Shown: positions 35,138-44,765 of the stretch, in pieces | Layout: every line of letters starts with the position of its first letter | How positions within the stretch are numbered: position 1 is the stretch's first letter | Origin: Bdellovibrionales bacterium | GTDB lineage: Bacteria > Bdellovibrionota > Bdellovibrionia > Bdellovibrionales > UBA1609 | Length of the DNA: 64,000 nt | Assembly: GCA_965116155.1 (NCBI GenBank) | Contig: OZ220488.1 | Coordinates: forward strand, 450,420-514,419 | Direction: 5' to 3' | Position numbers and translations under genes: made by a program | Notes under the pieces: generated by a model | The model's input: the letters and a program-made list of their open reading frames with translations, nothing else | What the model was told of the DNA's origin: nothing | The model's database searches: none

Positions 35138-36028
35138 CTATTTTCTACGCCCTAAAGCTAAACGCCGCAAACGAGAAATCAGTTCCCCGTCTACTTCCTC
35201 TTTTTCTAAAACCAACACTTCACTCTCACGTATAGAAGCCACAACCCCTTTTTGATTCCCAATACGCGTGTTAATGCCTATAGTGTGGATCGTGCCCTCA
35301 GGATCCTCTACCATAGCCTGCGGCGTCTCCACATCCCACATGATACCAATTAGCTTAATCTGAGAGAGAGAAAACCTTTGCAAAGGCAACAAAACGGTAT
35401 GTACGTCTTGATCAGACGCCAACCCCCTGCTGCCACCACTTTGCTCACGCTGCAAAAAAATGTCCGGCGGCCTAAAAGGATTACGCTTGTTGGCATCGGT
35501 ATAAATAAAAGGCTCCGAACTAAAAGCCCCGTACTTGGCCTTTTTAGCATCCACCAGGCTGCCCGTGACGGGCTTTTTTTTCTTCTCCGTAACTTTAGCT
35601 GCTTGTGCAGAACCTGCCTCACTGCCTCCTTCTTCTTCTCCTTCTCCTTCGCCAGGAGCCTCATTGCCAGATTCTTCAGCTGCAGCTGGGGGGCGCGCGC
35701 CACTAGACTCACCATCCAAATCACCATCTGCTTCCTCACCCGGCATAAGAGGTTTTTGCGCGCCGTCACCGTCTGCAAGCTTTCCCTCTGCCTCTGCTTC
35801 TGGCGCATCCTGCTTCTCGGCGCTTGACTGCTCAGTTGACTGCTCAGTTGACTGCTCAGTTGATTGGGAATTAGGTTCTTTCTGGTCGCGAGCCAATGCC
35901 TCGCCCTCTTGAGCCATAGCGCTATTTTGTGCGAGCGCAATCGCCCACTTAAAAGACATAAAAAACGCTGCACTCAGTATCAAAGCCGCAAAGCTGCAGT
36001 ACAAAAGCCTAACCCATCGCTGCCACAC
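35138..36028 (-). CDS. pilP: PilP-like pilus assembly protein with a long acidic low-complexity linker
   Basis: It has an N-terminal TM segment. The C-terminal region NKRNPFRPPD..LQRFSLSQIKLIGIMWD..AMVEDPEGTIHTIGINTRIG..GVVASIRESEVLV matches the PilP pattern. It sits between pilO and pilQ. Confidence 0.7.
   Translation of the reverse strand: MWQRWVRLLYCSFAALILSAAFFMSFKWAIALAQNSAMAQEGEALARDQKEPNSQSTEQSTEQSTEQSSAEKQDAPEAEAEGKLADGDGAQKPLMPGEEADGDLDGESSGARPPAAAEESGNEAPGEGEGEEEGGSEAGSAQAAKVTEKKKKPVTGSLVDAKKAKYGAFSSEPFIYTDANKRNPFRPPDIFLQREQSGGSRGLASDQDVHTVLLPLQRFSLSQIKLIGIMWDVETPQAMVEDPEGTIHTIGINTRIGNQKGVVASIRESEVLVLEKEEVDGELISRLRRLALGRRK
35824..35863 (-). repeat. 12-bp perfect tandem repeat (3.3 copies) encoding (STEQ)n inside the pilP-like gene
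   Basis: TTGACTGCTCAG occurs three times (35824-35859) plus a partial TTGA. On the minus strand it is translated as QSTEQSTEQSTEQS. Confidence 0.9.
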
Positions 36029-36052
36029 TAACCTAGCCCCCCATCCGTATAA

Positions 36053-36697
36053 CTAACCCTCGCTGGTGTTAGGCGTCGCTTGGGTAGCGACAAACCTATA
36101 CGCCGTAAAGGTTACGTTAAAGCCAACTTCCATACGCTTATTACCTGATAAACCCGAAGCCCCTTGGGGCGAAAAACCAAACGAGCGGATCACAAAAAAT
36201 CTTCCACTCTTGGTCATATTAGACAAAAACAAAATAATCCTATCAAAAGGGCATTGGATATTAAGATCAATATCAGCAAACTCGTACCCGCCCCCTTGGA
36301 CCTGTTCTTTAATCTTTAGCGGCCGCCACTCACGCACGTTAATACTAGATAAGTCTGCGCTGATGGCCTTGACCTCTTCTACAATAAATTGCTCTAGAGC
36401 ATGTATTGAGGCATCATCCGTTGGATCTACAGTAGGAGCAGCATTTTTAAAGACCTCAAATTTTTCTTTTAAAAACTTATTCACCTCTCGGTATTGCTCT
36501 AAGTCTTTAACCTTGGCTTTAAAGCTGGCTAGCTCTCGCTCAACCTCTGACAACTTAGACTCGGCTGCACCAATTTGAGACTGGATGTCCGATCCATCAT
36601 TAAAAACAAAGTACCAATACCCCCCTACAATCAACAAAGACACCACAAGGCTCTGCGGCAAAGTGATATTAGCAATAAATGATTTTAGATCTTCCAC
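36053..36697 (-). CDS. pilO: Type IV pilus assembly protein PilO
   Basis: It has a single N-terminal TM segment, a coiled coil (ESKLSEVERELASFKAKVKDLEQ) and a C-terminal alpha/beta domain. It occupies the PilO position in the operon. Confidence 0.75.
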   Translation of the reverse strand: MEDLKSFIANITLPQSLVVSLLIVGGYWYFVFNDGSDIQSQIGAAESKLSEVERELASFKAKVKDLEQYREVNKFLKEKFEVFKNAAPTVDPTDDASIHALEQFIVEEVKAISADLSSINVREWRPLKIKEQVQGGGYEFADIDLNIQCPFDRIILFLSNMTKSGRFFVIRSFGFSPQGASGLSGNKRMEVGFNVTFTAYRFVATQATPNTSEG

Positions 36698-36755
36698 GTT
36701 TGCTCAAGCCCCCCATAAACCCCAAGCTAATCAGCAGATTTTTCTTCTTGCCGAC

Positions 36756-37094
36756 CTACTCTTGAGACTCGCTTATTTCATCGTCACCACGTGCTACGGC
36801 GTCCATATCATCTAAGGCAGGCTGCCCCTCTGATACACCACCATAGGCCTGACGCATAATAGTGCCACGATTAGAAAAATGCGCCTCATCAATGCGGTCC
36901 GCTTCACGCGCAAGCTCGCTTTCAGAAATACTAGCATTGTGCTCCAAGCCACCTGTGCTCACACTGGCCATTTCTTCCATGGTTTTCACCCTGTCCGAAA
37001 CACTAGGGCCCACTCTATGTGCAGTGGTCGAAGAACACGCAGCTAAAAGACCTGTAACTCCAAAAGCAGTCAACAGTACGAATAAAGTTCTCAT
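36756..37094 (-). CDS. Small acidic lipoprotein inserted between pilN and pilO
   Basis: MRTLFVLLTAFGVTGLLAA-CSS has a canonical lipobox. The ATG at 37094 follows AAGGTGAGG. The mature part is about 93 aa and Asp/Glu-rich. Confidence 0.6.
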   Translation of the reverse strand: MRTLFVLLTAFGVTGLLAACSSTTAHRVGPSVSDRVKTMEEMASVSTGGLEHNASISESELAREADRIDEAHFSNRGTIMRQAYGGVSEGQPALDDMDAVARGDDEISESQE

Positions 37095-37186
37095 TTTAAA
37101 TACCTCACCTTTCCCCAAAATAAACCAATAATCACCTAAGACAATATCATAAGTTACAAACTCTCAAGCAGCTTTGTGTATTTTTT

Positions 37187-37837
37187 CTAACCCCCACCAT
37201 AAGCACTACCACCTGCTAGAGCTCCTTTTAAAACAAACGAGCTCAAGTTGCCACTTGATCCCCCGCCCTGCTGCTCTTGTGAGCTTTTTAGCAAAACTGT
37301 TTTGTAAAATTTATCCTGTCTCATTCTAGACACAAATTCGTCTACCACATCATAAGACATGCCCTGCCCGTTCATATCGAAGTTCCCATCTGAGTACTGC
37401 CAAGAGCTCAGCCATACATCTTTAGGCATGATGTTCTGAATACTATCAATAAACTTGATCTCCCTAAGCCTAACATCCGACAAGCCCTTCAGCACTTGCA
37501 GGTGGCCTTCGACAAAGGCAATGTTGGCTTCAAGCTTTTTGAGCTCGTCGTAATCCTCTTTACGGCTATCCAGTTGGCCTTGTACATTTTGTACATCTGC
37601 CTGCACCCCTTGTAGCTTGGTGCTTAATCTTTCTAGGTTCCATTGCTCAAAGCCATAAAAGACCGTTATAGGCACAAAAATAATCACCACCAAAATGGCT
37701 TTATTAATTCTAGACCCAAACGAAAGCAGTCTTTGTAAGTGCTGGGTATCAAAACTCTGTACTTCTACGTCATCCCCCACCTCAACTGCAGCAGGATTAA
37801 CAGCAACACGGTTTTCGACTAAATTAATACGTATCAC
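37187..37837 (-). CDS. pilN: Type IV pilus assembly protein PilN
   Basis: MIRINLV.. N-terminus, a single TM segment and a coiled coil. Its start overlaps the pilM stop by 4 nt. Confidence 0.8.
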   Translation of the reverse strand: MIRINLVENRVAVNPAAVEVGDDVEVQSFDTQHLQRLLSFGSRINKAILVVIIFVPITVFYGFEQWNLERLSTKLQGVQADVQNVQGQLDSRKEDYDELKKLEANIAFVEGHLQVLKGLSDVRLREIKFIDSIQNIMPKDVWLSSWQYSDGNFDMNGQGMSYDVVDEFVSRMRQDKFYKTVLLKSSQEQQGGGSSGNLSSFVLKGALAGGSAYGGG

Positions 37838-38889
37838 GCAGCATCGCCCTCTTTTCGCAAAGCCAAGCCCACAGAAACAGCAGCAAAGTCGCGCATCTCT
37901 TCAACCGATCCCATATTGGTCTCAAGCTCGCTGCAGTCTATTTTTTCAAATGGGTTCATAGTGTGAGTTTTTACAACGCTGCCAAAAGCATCCAGTAGCC
38001 CTGGAAACTTAGACCCACCTCCCGTTAACCAGCACTGCTCCACTTGCACATCCATGCCACTTACCACAAAGGCCGACACCGCATCTAAAACCTCAGACGC
38101 GATCGACTTATGCACGCTACGCAGGTGTTCTTCTACCTCCTCAGGCACCGTGCCCCCTTGAGCAAATTCTAGCTTCATGCTATCTGCCTCTTCAGGGCTG
38201 AGGCCCATTTTTTCTTCTAACTGCACCGCATAGTTAAAGTCTCCTAAATTAAGGTCTTTTACAAAAACCACCTCGCCCTTTACCATTAGCACTACAGTAG
38301 TAAGTTGCGCGCCAATATTAACGAGTACACTGACTTTGTCTTTCATCTCGGGGTAGTTGTGCTCAAAGCAATTGGCCAAGGCAAAACCTGTAACATCTAC
38401 CACAGGGCATTTGCATTTCGCATGCTCCACGGCTTCAATATTTTTCATAATACCTTTGCGCACCGCTGCCACCAGCAAGACACCCATTTCGTCTGAATTT
38501 TGCGCATGGCTTACTAGATCGTAATCTATGTGCACGTCCTCAATATCGTAAGGCAAATACTGCTCCACCTCCCACCGAAGTTGCTCACCGACGAATTTTT
38601 TTTCCATTTTAGGAATACTTAAAAGCTTTACAAAAACCTCAGGCCCCCAAAGGGCCACAGCAGCAGAGCTTTTAGACGCCTTGCTGCGGCTTAAAAGATC
38701 ACTTAAAACCCTGCCGACAGACTCTGAGTCTACAATGTCGCTACCCTCCATCGCCTCAACAGGAGAGGGTAAAGAAAAAAAAGCCCTAAGCTTAGCTGCA
38801 CCCTTAACCATGTCAATATCGGCCAGCTTAATACTATGGGTGCCAATATCTAAACCCAAAAGAGGCTTCTTTCTAGAAAAAAATAACAC
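37834..38889 (-). CDS. pilM: Type IV pilus assembly ATPase-fold protein PilM
   Basis: It has the actin-like fold motif LLGLDIGTHSIKLADI and ..WLTGGGSKFPGL... The GTG start follows AGGGGGA. It is the first gene of pilMNOPQ. Confidence 0.85.
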   Translation of the reverse strand: MLFFSRKKPLLGLDIGTHSIKLADIDMVKGAAKLRAFFSLPSPVEAMEGSDIVDSESVGRVLSDLLSRSKASKSSAAVALWGPEVFVKLLSIPKMEKKFVGEQLRWEVEQYLPYDIEDVHIDYDLVSHAQNSDEMGVLLVAAVRKGIMKNIEAVEHAKCKCPVVDVTGFALANCFEHNYPEMKDKVSVLVNIGAQLTTVVLMVKGEVVFVKDLNLGDFNYAVQLEEKMGLSPEEADSMKLEFAQGGTVPEEVEEHLRSVHKSIASEVLDAVSAFVVSGMDVQVEQCWLTGGGSKFPGLLDAFGSVVKTHTMNPFEKIDCSELETNMGSVEEMRDFAAVSVGLALRKEGDAA

Positions 38890-39002
38890 CCAATCCCCCT
38901 AACTCAAAACACACCATCGCCCTTTCCACATGGCACACCCCTAGTATTTAGTAGATCTGCACCCCCCTTTATAAGTCAATTTGGGTGACGTACTGTCACG
39001 GC

Positions 39003-40517
39003 TTACGCCCATGCTCCAGGGTTAACAAAATCGTAAAGCTCCCCATAGTGCTGCACTTTATTAATGCTCACACGCCGCATGACATGCCAAGGCCTCAATT
39101 GCGAAACATTCTCCAAGCCCATAGCACCAATAATATGCGCTGTGCTTTCCATGGTCTCTTGGTGGTAGTTTTTTACCCGATCCCGCTTATGCACCACCAC
39201 CAAGCCAGACGTCAGTCCAGACTTCTGGGTCGCAATGCCCGTCGGGCACGTATTGGCATGGCAGCGCAATGCCTGTATACAGCCCAGAGCCAACATAAAG
39301 CTCCGTGCCGCGTACACAGCATCTGCCCCTAAGCATAAACGTTTTACTAGACCAAAACCTGTACTCACCTTGCCAGAGGCCACAAGCTTTACATGTTGCT
39401 TAACCCCAAAGCCCTCAAGGCAGTTTTTTGCAAAAACCAAAGCCTCCACCCCAGGCCAACCCATATTATTGGCAAACTCCAGCGGCGCAGCTCCTGTGCC
39501 TCCCTCGCCTCCATCTACCGCAATATAATCCGGAAAACTCCCCAACGAGCGCATAGCTTTAACCAAGGCAACAAACTCACTCTCTTGACCAATGCAAAGC
39601 TTAATACCCACGGGTTTGCCTTGCGCCAAGCGCCTTATACGCGCAACAAACTCCACAAGCTCCTTAGGAGATGAAAAAGCCGAATGCGTTGGAGGGGACA
39701 ATACATCTTGCTCCATACCCACACCCCTAATGCGCGCAATTTCAGGAGTGATTTTTGCTTTAGGCAACAAACCTCCATGGGAAGGTTTGGCGCCTTGGGA
39801 GATTTTGATTTCTATCATTTTAATTTCTGGCATCTGGGCTGTGTCAGCAAAAGCTGCCGCACAAAAGTTGCCACCCTTGTCGCGGCAGCCAAAATACCCT
39901 GTGCCCAATTGCCAAATCAAATCACACCCGTACTTTAAATGGTATGGGCTTACACCCCCTTCGCCTGTATTAAGGGCGAATCGGCCATCTAAAGCCCCAC
40001 CCCCTAAAGCCATAATAGCAGGGGCACTTAGGGCCCCGTAGCTAAGGCCAGAAACATTCAGCAAGCTTGCATTGTATGGCCTTGAACACTCTGGCCCTCC
40101 AATACGCACGCGAAAGTCTTTAGGATCTAAGTGTTTAGCATAAATGGAGTGCTTTACCCACTCGTAGCCCACAGAGTAAACGTCTTTTTGAGTTCCAAAA
40201 GGCAGGGAGTCTAGAGTTTTTTTAGCCCTTTGATAAACCACCGAGCGCTGCTCACGACTAAAGGGCATGCCATCGCTATTAGACTCTACAAAATACTGAT
40301 TAATCTCAGGCCTTATAGCCTCAAACCAATACCGTGCTCGGCCTATGAAGGGAAAGTTGCGCCTAATGGTATGCCGAGTTTGAAAACAATCCGCCAAACC
40401 AAAGCAGTACATCGGCCCTAAGATGCCAACAACCCATAGCATCCAGCTCCACCATAAAGAAGCCAAAATCAAAGCGCCCAAAATAGGCATGCCTAAAACC
40501 AAATACCAAAAGCGCAT
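39003..40517 (-). CDS. Membrane-anchored FMN-binding glutamate-synthase-domain-2 family oxidoreductase
   Basis: It has the GltS FMN-domain pattern (..IKISQGAKPSHGGLLP.., ..VDGGEGGTGAAPLEF..) and N-terminal TM helices. The ATG at 40517 (MRFWYLVLG..) is preferred over the longest ORF, which extends to 40574. Confidence 0.75.
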   Translation of the reverse strand: MRFWYLVLGMPILGALILASLWWSWMLWVVGILGPMYCFGLADCFQTRHTIRRNFPFIGRARYWFEAIRPEINQYFVESNSDGMPFSREQRSVVYQRAKKTLDSLPFGTQKDVYSVGYEWVKHSIYAKHLDPKDFRVRIGGPECSRPYNASLLNVSGLSYGALSAPAIMALGGGALDGRFALNTGEGGVSPYHLKYGCDLIWQLGTGYFGCRDKGGNFCAAAFADTAQMPEIKMIEIKISQGAKPSHGGLLPKAKITPEIARIRGVGMEQDVLSPPTHSAFSSPKELVEFVARIRRLAQGKPVGIKLCIGQESEFVALVKAMRSLGSFPDYIAVDGGEGGTGAAPLEFANNMGWPGVEALVFAKNCLEGFGVKQHVKLVASGKVSTGFGLVKRLCLGADAVYAARSFMLALGCIQALRCHANTCPTGIATQKSGLTSGLVVVHKRDRVKNYHQETMESTAHIIGAMGLENVSQLRPWHVMRRVSINKVQHYGELYDFVNPGAWA

Positions 40518-40620
40518 AACCCCCAGTGACCTCCCCCTTTGCCGTTTGGTGGCAGCCCAACTGACAGGCACCACAAGCGCCGGTGCCCAGTAGGGCCAAA
40601 TAACAGTCCGCGTAGCGAAT

Positions 40621-40666
40621 ACCCAATTAGGTGCATAAACATTTAGGGTTATGCATCTAATTGGGT
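40621..40666 (-). terminator. 17-bp hairpin (one G.T) straddling the gspE stop codon
   Basis: ACCCAATTAGGTGCATA (40621-40637) pairs with TATGCATCTAATTGGGT (40650-40666) across a 12-nt loop. The right arm encodes the last codons TQLDA plus the stop (40649-40651). Confidence 0.55.
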
Positions 40667-42328
40667 GTTCGCCAAGACTTCTTCAATGGTCGTGATACCA
40701 TGGAGTACTTTACTAATTCCATGGTCCCTAAAGGTTCGCATGCCCAGCTCAATGGCGCGCTTTTTTATTGCCCCTGAGTCCACTTTTTGCATCACCAGCG
40801 TACGTATCTCTTCATTCACTAGCAAAAGCTCTTGTATCACGGTTCTGCCAAGATAGCCTTTTTCGCCACACTCACGGCATCCTTTAGCCCTATAAATTTG
40901 CGCGCCTTTTATGTCTTCTTTTTTTAACTCAATGCTATCTAGCTCTGCCTGCGAAGGCTCATAAAGCTCTTTGCAATGAGGGCATATGACCCTCACTAAC
41001 CTTTGCCCCACAACCCCCAAAAGACTCGTTGCAATTAAAAACGGCTCACAACCCATATCGATCAAGCGCGGAAACACTCCAGCAGAGTCGTTTGTGTGTA
41101 TAGTGGAAATAACCAAATGCCCCGTAAGAGAAGCATTAATAGAAATCTCTGCTGTTTCTAAGTCTCTAATTTCACCCACCATAATTACGTTAGGGTCCTG
41201 CCGCAAAATGCTTCTTAATCCTGCCGCAAAGCTGAGGCCAATTTTGGAGTTCACCTGTATCTGGCCTATGCCATGTATACGCTGCTCTACGGGATCTTCT
41301 ACTGTGACAATGTTTTTATCTGCACTGTTAATGTAACTCAGTGCCGCATACAAAGAGGTCGACTTACCACTACCCGTAGGACCTGTTACCAAAATGATCC
41401 CGTATGTGCGCTTTAGTAGCTCTTTCATTTCTGTTAAACTATGCGTATCAAAACCCAATTGCTCTAAGTCCAACACCACATTAGATCGATCTTGCAATCT
41501 TAACACTATGCGCTCACCAAAAGCCGTTGGCACCGTGCTTAAACGCACGTCAATATCCTTGCCAGCTAGCTTTAAAGGTATGCGTCCATCTTGGGGGAGG
41601 CGTTTTTCTGCAATATTCAAATTCCCCATCACCTTAATGCGCGAAGTAATTGCATTTTGTAGTCTTTTAGGAGGCTTGAAAATATCAAACAAAATACCAT
41701 CCACCCTAAAACGCACGACCATAGATTTTTCGTAAGGCTCTATGTGTATGTCAGAGGCTTTTTCCTTAACCGCCCGAAACAGCAAAGTGTTAACTAACTT
41801 AATAACCGGCGCATCGTCATCACCGGCTTCTAAAAGATCAATTACAGGGTCGTCTAGATCGTACTCTTCGCTTTCGATTTCATCCAAACCCTCTAGACCT
41901 GTGGTGCTTTTTTCATAAACCCTATTAATGGCCTCTTGCACCTTATGCACCGTACTAACAATAGGCTTAACGGGTTTTTGAAAAATTGCCCGCATATCCT
42001 CTAAAATGCTGTAATTTAACGGGTTAGCAACCAGCACCTCCACTGCCTTGGTGCTGTCTTTAAAGGGCAAAATATTATGTGCCTTTGCATAGGCTATAGG
42101 AATATCCCGCACCAGATCAGCAGAAATATCCCCATACGGAATGCTTGCTAAAAACCGCACCCCCAAATGCCCACACAGCACGCCCACTGCCTGCTCAGGA
42201 GTAGAGAAGCTGTGCTTTTTCATATGATCCGCTATAGGCACGCCCTCATCGCCCAATAACGCAAGCGCCATTGAGAGCTGTTTTTCACTCATAGAAGTGC
42301 TTTTTACTATCAGGTTTTCAAAAGCCAT
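40649..42328 (-). CDS. gspE: Type II secretion ATPase GspE
   Basis: It has a T2SE N-terminal domain, Walker A GPTGSGKST, Asp/His boxes and a tetracysteine motif CPHC..CRECGEKGYLGR. It lies directly downstream of gspD. Confidence 0.85.
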   Translation of the reverse strand: MAFENLIVKSTSMSEKQLSMALALLGDEGVPIADHMKKHSFSTPEQAVGVLCGHLGVRFLASIPYGDISADLVRDIPIAYAKAHNILPFKDSTKAVEVLVANPLNYSILEDMRAIFQKPVKPIVSTVHKVQEAINRVYEKSTTGLEGLDEIESEEYDLDDPVIDLLEAGDDDAPVIKLVNTLLFRAVKEKASDIHIEPYEKSMVVRFRVDGILFDIFKPPKRLQNAITSRIKVMGNLNIAEKRLPQDGRIPLKLAGKDIDVRLSTVPTAFGERIVLRLQDRSNVVLDLEQLGFDTHSLTEMKELLKRTYGIILVTGPTGSGKSTSLYAALSYINSADKNIVTVEDPVEQRIHGIGQIQVNSKIGLSFAAGLRSILRQDPNVIMVGEIRDLETAEISINASLTGHLVISTIHTNDSAGVFPRLIDMGCEPFLIATSLLGVVGQRLVRVICPHCKELYEPSQAELDSIELKKEDIKGAQIYRAKGCRECGEKGYLGRTVIQELLLVNEEIRTLVMQKVDSGAIKKRAIELGMRTFRDHGISKVLHGITTIEEVLANTQLDA

Positions 42329-42340
42329 TTTTAGATTTTT

Positions 42341-44755
42341 TTAAATGCCCAAAGTGTCAAAGGATTCTGTATCGTCATAGGGTGTGTCTTGTGTATCTAG
42401 CAACTCCTCTGGCTCTTCTGGCAAAGGCTCCTCTTGTTCTAAGCGTTCTAGCTCTTCAACCTCTTGCTCTATTTTGGTTGTTGTATCTTCCTCAGGAAAA
42501 AAGTCACCCTCTGTACCTTCACCCAAAGTGCCCGCGCCTTCTTTACGACGAGGCAGATTGTCCATAGCCTCTCCATGGGGGTCACGGCCCCGCATATGCT
42601 TGCGTATAAACACCGCCCTGCTGTCGAGCTTGTCTTTTAAAAGCATCGCCGCATCAGTGCTGTTGCGGATAATACGCGGCGTAATAAAAACGATGAGGTT
42701 TTTTTTCTCTTTGCTGGTTTTGGTAGACTTAAACAACCATCCCAAAATGGGTATGTCCCCCAACAGTGGCACCTTAGAAACCTCGGTGCTTTCGTTGTCA
42801 GTCATTAAGCCCCCTAAGACGGCTGTGTCGCCGCTATCTACTACGATTTTCGTTTCTATGTCGCGTTTTACAACTTTAACAGCGCTCTCGCCGCCTATTT
42901 CTACAGCAATGGGAGAGTCTACTTTTTGCTTGATATCCATACGTACGGTGTCTGTATCGGGACTAATAAAAGGCGTCAGCTCGAGCTTCATTAAAATGTC
43001 TTTAAATTCAAAGCTCGACTGCCCCAATTGCGCGCCAGTTGCGCTAAAGGTTTGCTTTTTGGCTACGGGAGTGTTTTCTCCCACTTCGATTACGGCTTTT
43101 TCATTGTTAAGCGCTGTAATTTGAGGGGTCGATAAAACATTCCCTCCGACATTGGTTTTTAAAAGCTTTACCAAACCTGTTAGGCTTGGCACTTCAAACG
43201 ATGCCCCACCAATGCTCACGCTTACGGTTTTGCCAGCTCCAAAACCAATTACGGCTCCCCTGTCAGCAGCGGGGTTCATGGCATCTTGCAAGCTGCCTCC
43301 AGAAAAACCCTGCCTCCCAATGCCTTTGGTGTTATCCATAAAGTTGTAATAATTAATACCCCAATCTAAACCGCGCTCTGCAGACATCTCCATAATGATG
43401 GTTTTAACAAAAACCTGGTCCCGCGGGAGGTCCATTTTTTTAATTAAATCCTGCACCACTTCGTAGTCTTGCTTAGAGGCTGTGATAATAAGCGAGTTAT
43501 TGGGTTCGTCGGCCACCACATTAACGCTGCCGTCAAACACACCGGCTGCTGCACGGCTTGCGCCTGTGGATGAGCTTCCACTCCCACCACGAAACACCGA
43601 CCTGGCCGAAGTCGTACTTTTAGCTGTTTTGCTCGACTCTTTAGCCAGGCCATTTAAAACATCCGCCACACCCTTAGCCTTAGAGTGCCGCAGGTAATAC
43701 ACATACACTCCCCCTGCGTCCTCGGGGCTCAGCTTGTAGTCTAGGGTTTTGACGAGCTCTTTCACACGATCCACACCCGCTTTGTTGGCCACAACCACAA
43801 TTGCATTGGTACGCAGATCAGGCAAAACTTTTGAAATACTCACCGCCCCGCCACCGGAGGATTCCTGACGGCGGCTCCTACTGCTCCTATAACGGGGCAC
43901 GCCTCCATACAAGCGCCCTTCATCTGCACCTGTAAGTTGGGTCACTAAAATCGCAATATCACTGGCATCAGCATGTCTAATGGGCAGGACGACGATTTTT
44001 TCTTCAAATCCAGGCACGTCCATCTCTTCTAAAATACGACTTATGCGCTCTACGCTAGAACCCAAGCCGGTAATAATAAGCGAGTTCGTAGGAGTGTAAG
44101 GCGTCATCTCGCCCCCTGATCCTGCACCTAAAAGTTTGCCGAGCTCTTTGCCGACTTCTTCTGCACTAATATGCTTTAGCTGCATAATGCGCGTTATGAC
44201 TTGATCGGTGTCCGGAAAATACGCACCCGAATAGGTTTCGATACTGTCGTCTTTGGCTTCTTGTATTTTGCGGATTTTTAAAAACTTGCCACTCGGAACA
44301 ATGGTAAGGCCGTTCATAGCAAGGGCAGATAAAAAAGCCCTATACGCCTCAGCAACAGTGATTTCAGAGGGAGCTAAAATGGTAATTTTACCCCCTACGC
44401 CGCTCCCTAGTATAAAGTTCTTCCCCGTAAGCTTACTAATGGCTTTAACAACTTCTAAAATATCCGCATTGGGATAATCGAAACTTTTGATTTTGTTGGG
44501 GAAGTTTTCGTTAGTAATTTGCTCCGGGTGCGCACCTGCAAAATTAATATTCCCCTTAGCAGATTTAAGCGGCAATTGCGTGGGGGTATTTTGAGCTGTC
44601 GCTACAGCAGCGCCGAGTACTATAAGAGCAGAGCCTAGTATTATACAAGAGGCTCCCTTGTTAAGGACTAGGCTGCGCTTTTTATGATTCACCCGTATAA
44701 GCAACACCCCTCCCCTCCATGAGGAACTTATTAAGCCCCCCTTATGCCTAGGCAA
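42341..44755 (-). CDS. gspD: Type II secretion secretin GspD with an acidic C-terminal tail
   Basis: It has N0/N1-like domains (NADILEVVKAISKLTGKNFIL) and a secretin core (GDTAVLGGLMTD..VPLLGDIPILGWLFKS..NLIVFITPRII). The true start is probably a GTG/TTG near 44707-44692, which gives a signal peptide (..IILGSALIVLGAAVATAQ). Confidence 0.85.
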   Translation of the reverse strand: MPRHKGGLISSSWRGGVLLIRVNHKKRSLVLNKGASCIILGSALIVLGAAVATAQNTPTQLPLKSAKGNINFAGAHPEQITNENFPNKIKSFDYPNADILEVVKAISKLTGKNFILGSGVGGKITILAPSEITVAEAYRAFLSALAMNGLTIVPSGKFLKIRKIQEAKDDSIETYSGAYFPDTDQVITRIMQLKHISAEEVGKELGKLLGAGSGGEMTPYTPTNSLIITGLGSSVERISRILEEMDVPGFEEKIVVLPIRHADASDIAILVTQLTGADEGRLYGGVPRYRSSRSRRQESSGGGAVSISKVLPDLRTNAIVVVANKAGVDRVKELVKTLDYKLSPEDAGGVYVYYLRHSKAKGVADVLNGLAKESSKTAKSTTSARSVFRGGSGSSSTGASRAAAGVFDGSVNVVADEPNNSLIITASKQDYEVVQDLIKKMDLPRDQVFVKTIIMEMSAERGLDWGINYYNFMDNTKGIGRQGFSGGSLQDAMNPAADRGAVIGFGAGKTVSVSIGGASFEVPSLTGLVKLLKTNVGGNVLSTPQITALNNEKAVIEVGENTPVAKKQTFSATGAQLGQSSFEFKDILMKLELTPFISPDTDTVRMDIKQKVDSPIAVEIGGESAVKVVKRDIETKIVVDSGDTAVLGGLMTDNESTEVSKVPLLGDIPILGWLFKSTKTSKEKKNLIVFITPRIIRNSTDAAMLLKDKLDSRAVFIRKHMRGRDPHGEAMDNLPRRKEGAGTLGEGTEGDFFPEEDTTTKIEQEVEELERLEQEEPLPEEPEELLDTQDTPYDDTESFDTLGI

Positions 44756-44765
44756 AGTATAAAAC

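Noticed and set aside
35350-35973. Alternative-frame ORFs of 125-207 aa overlapping the pilP-like gene on both strands
   Set aside because: The low-complexity GC-rich linker is open in several frames. Only the 35138-36028 frame has a TM anchor and the PilP-like C-terminal domain and fits the operon spacing.
38986-39000. Palindrome GTGACGTACTGTCAC downstream of the FMN oxidoreductase gene and upstream of pilM, considered as a CRP/FNR-type operator
   Set aside because: The spacing between the GTGA and TCAC half-sites is 7 nt rather than 6, and the flanking TGTGA/TCACA bases are missing. It could equally be a weak 5-bp terminator stem, so I do not call it.
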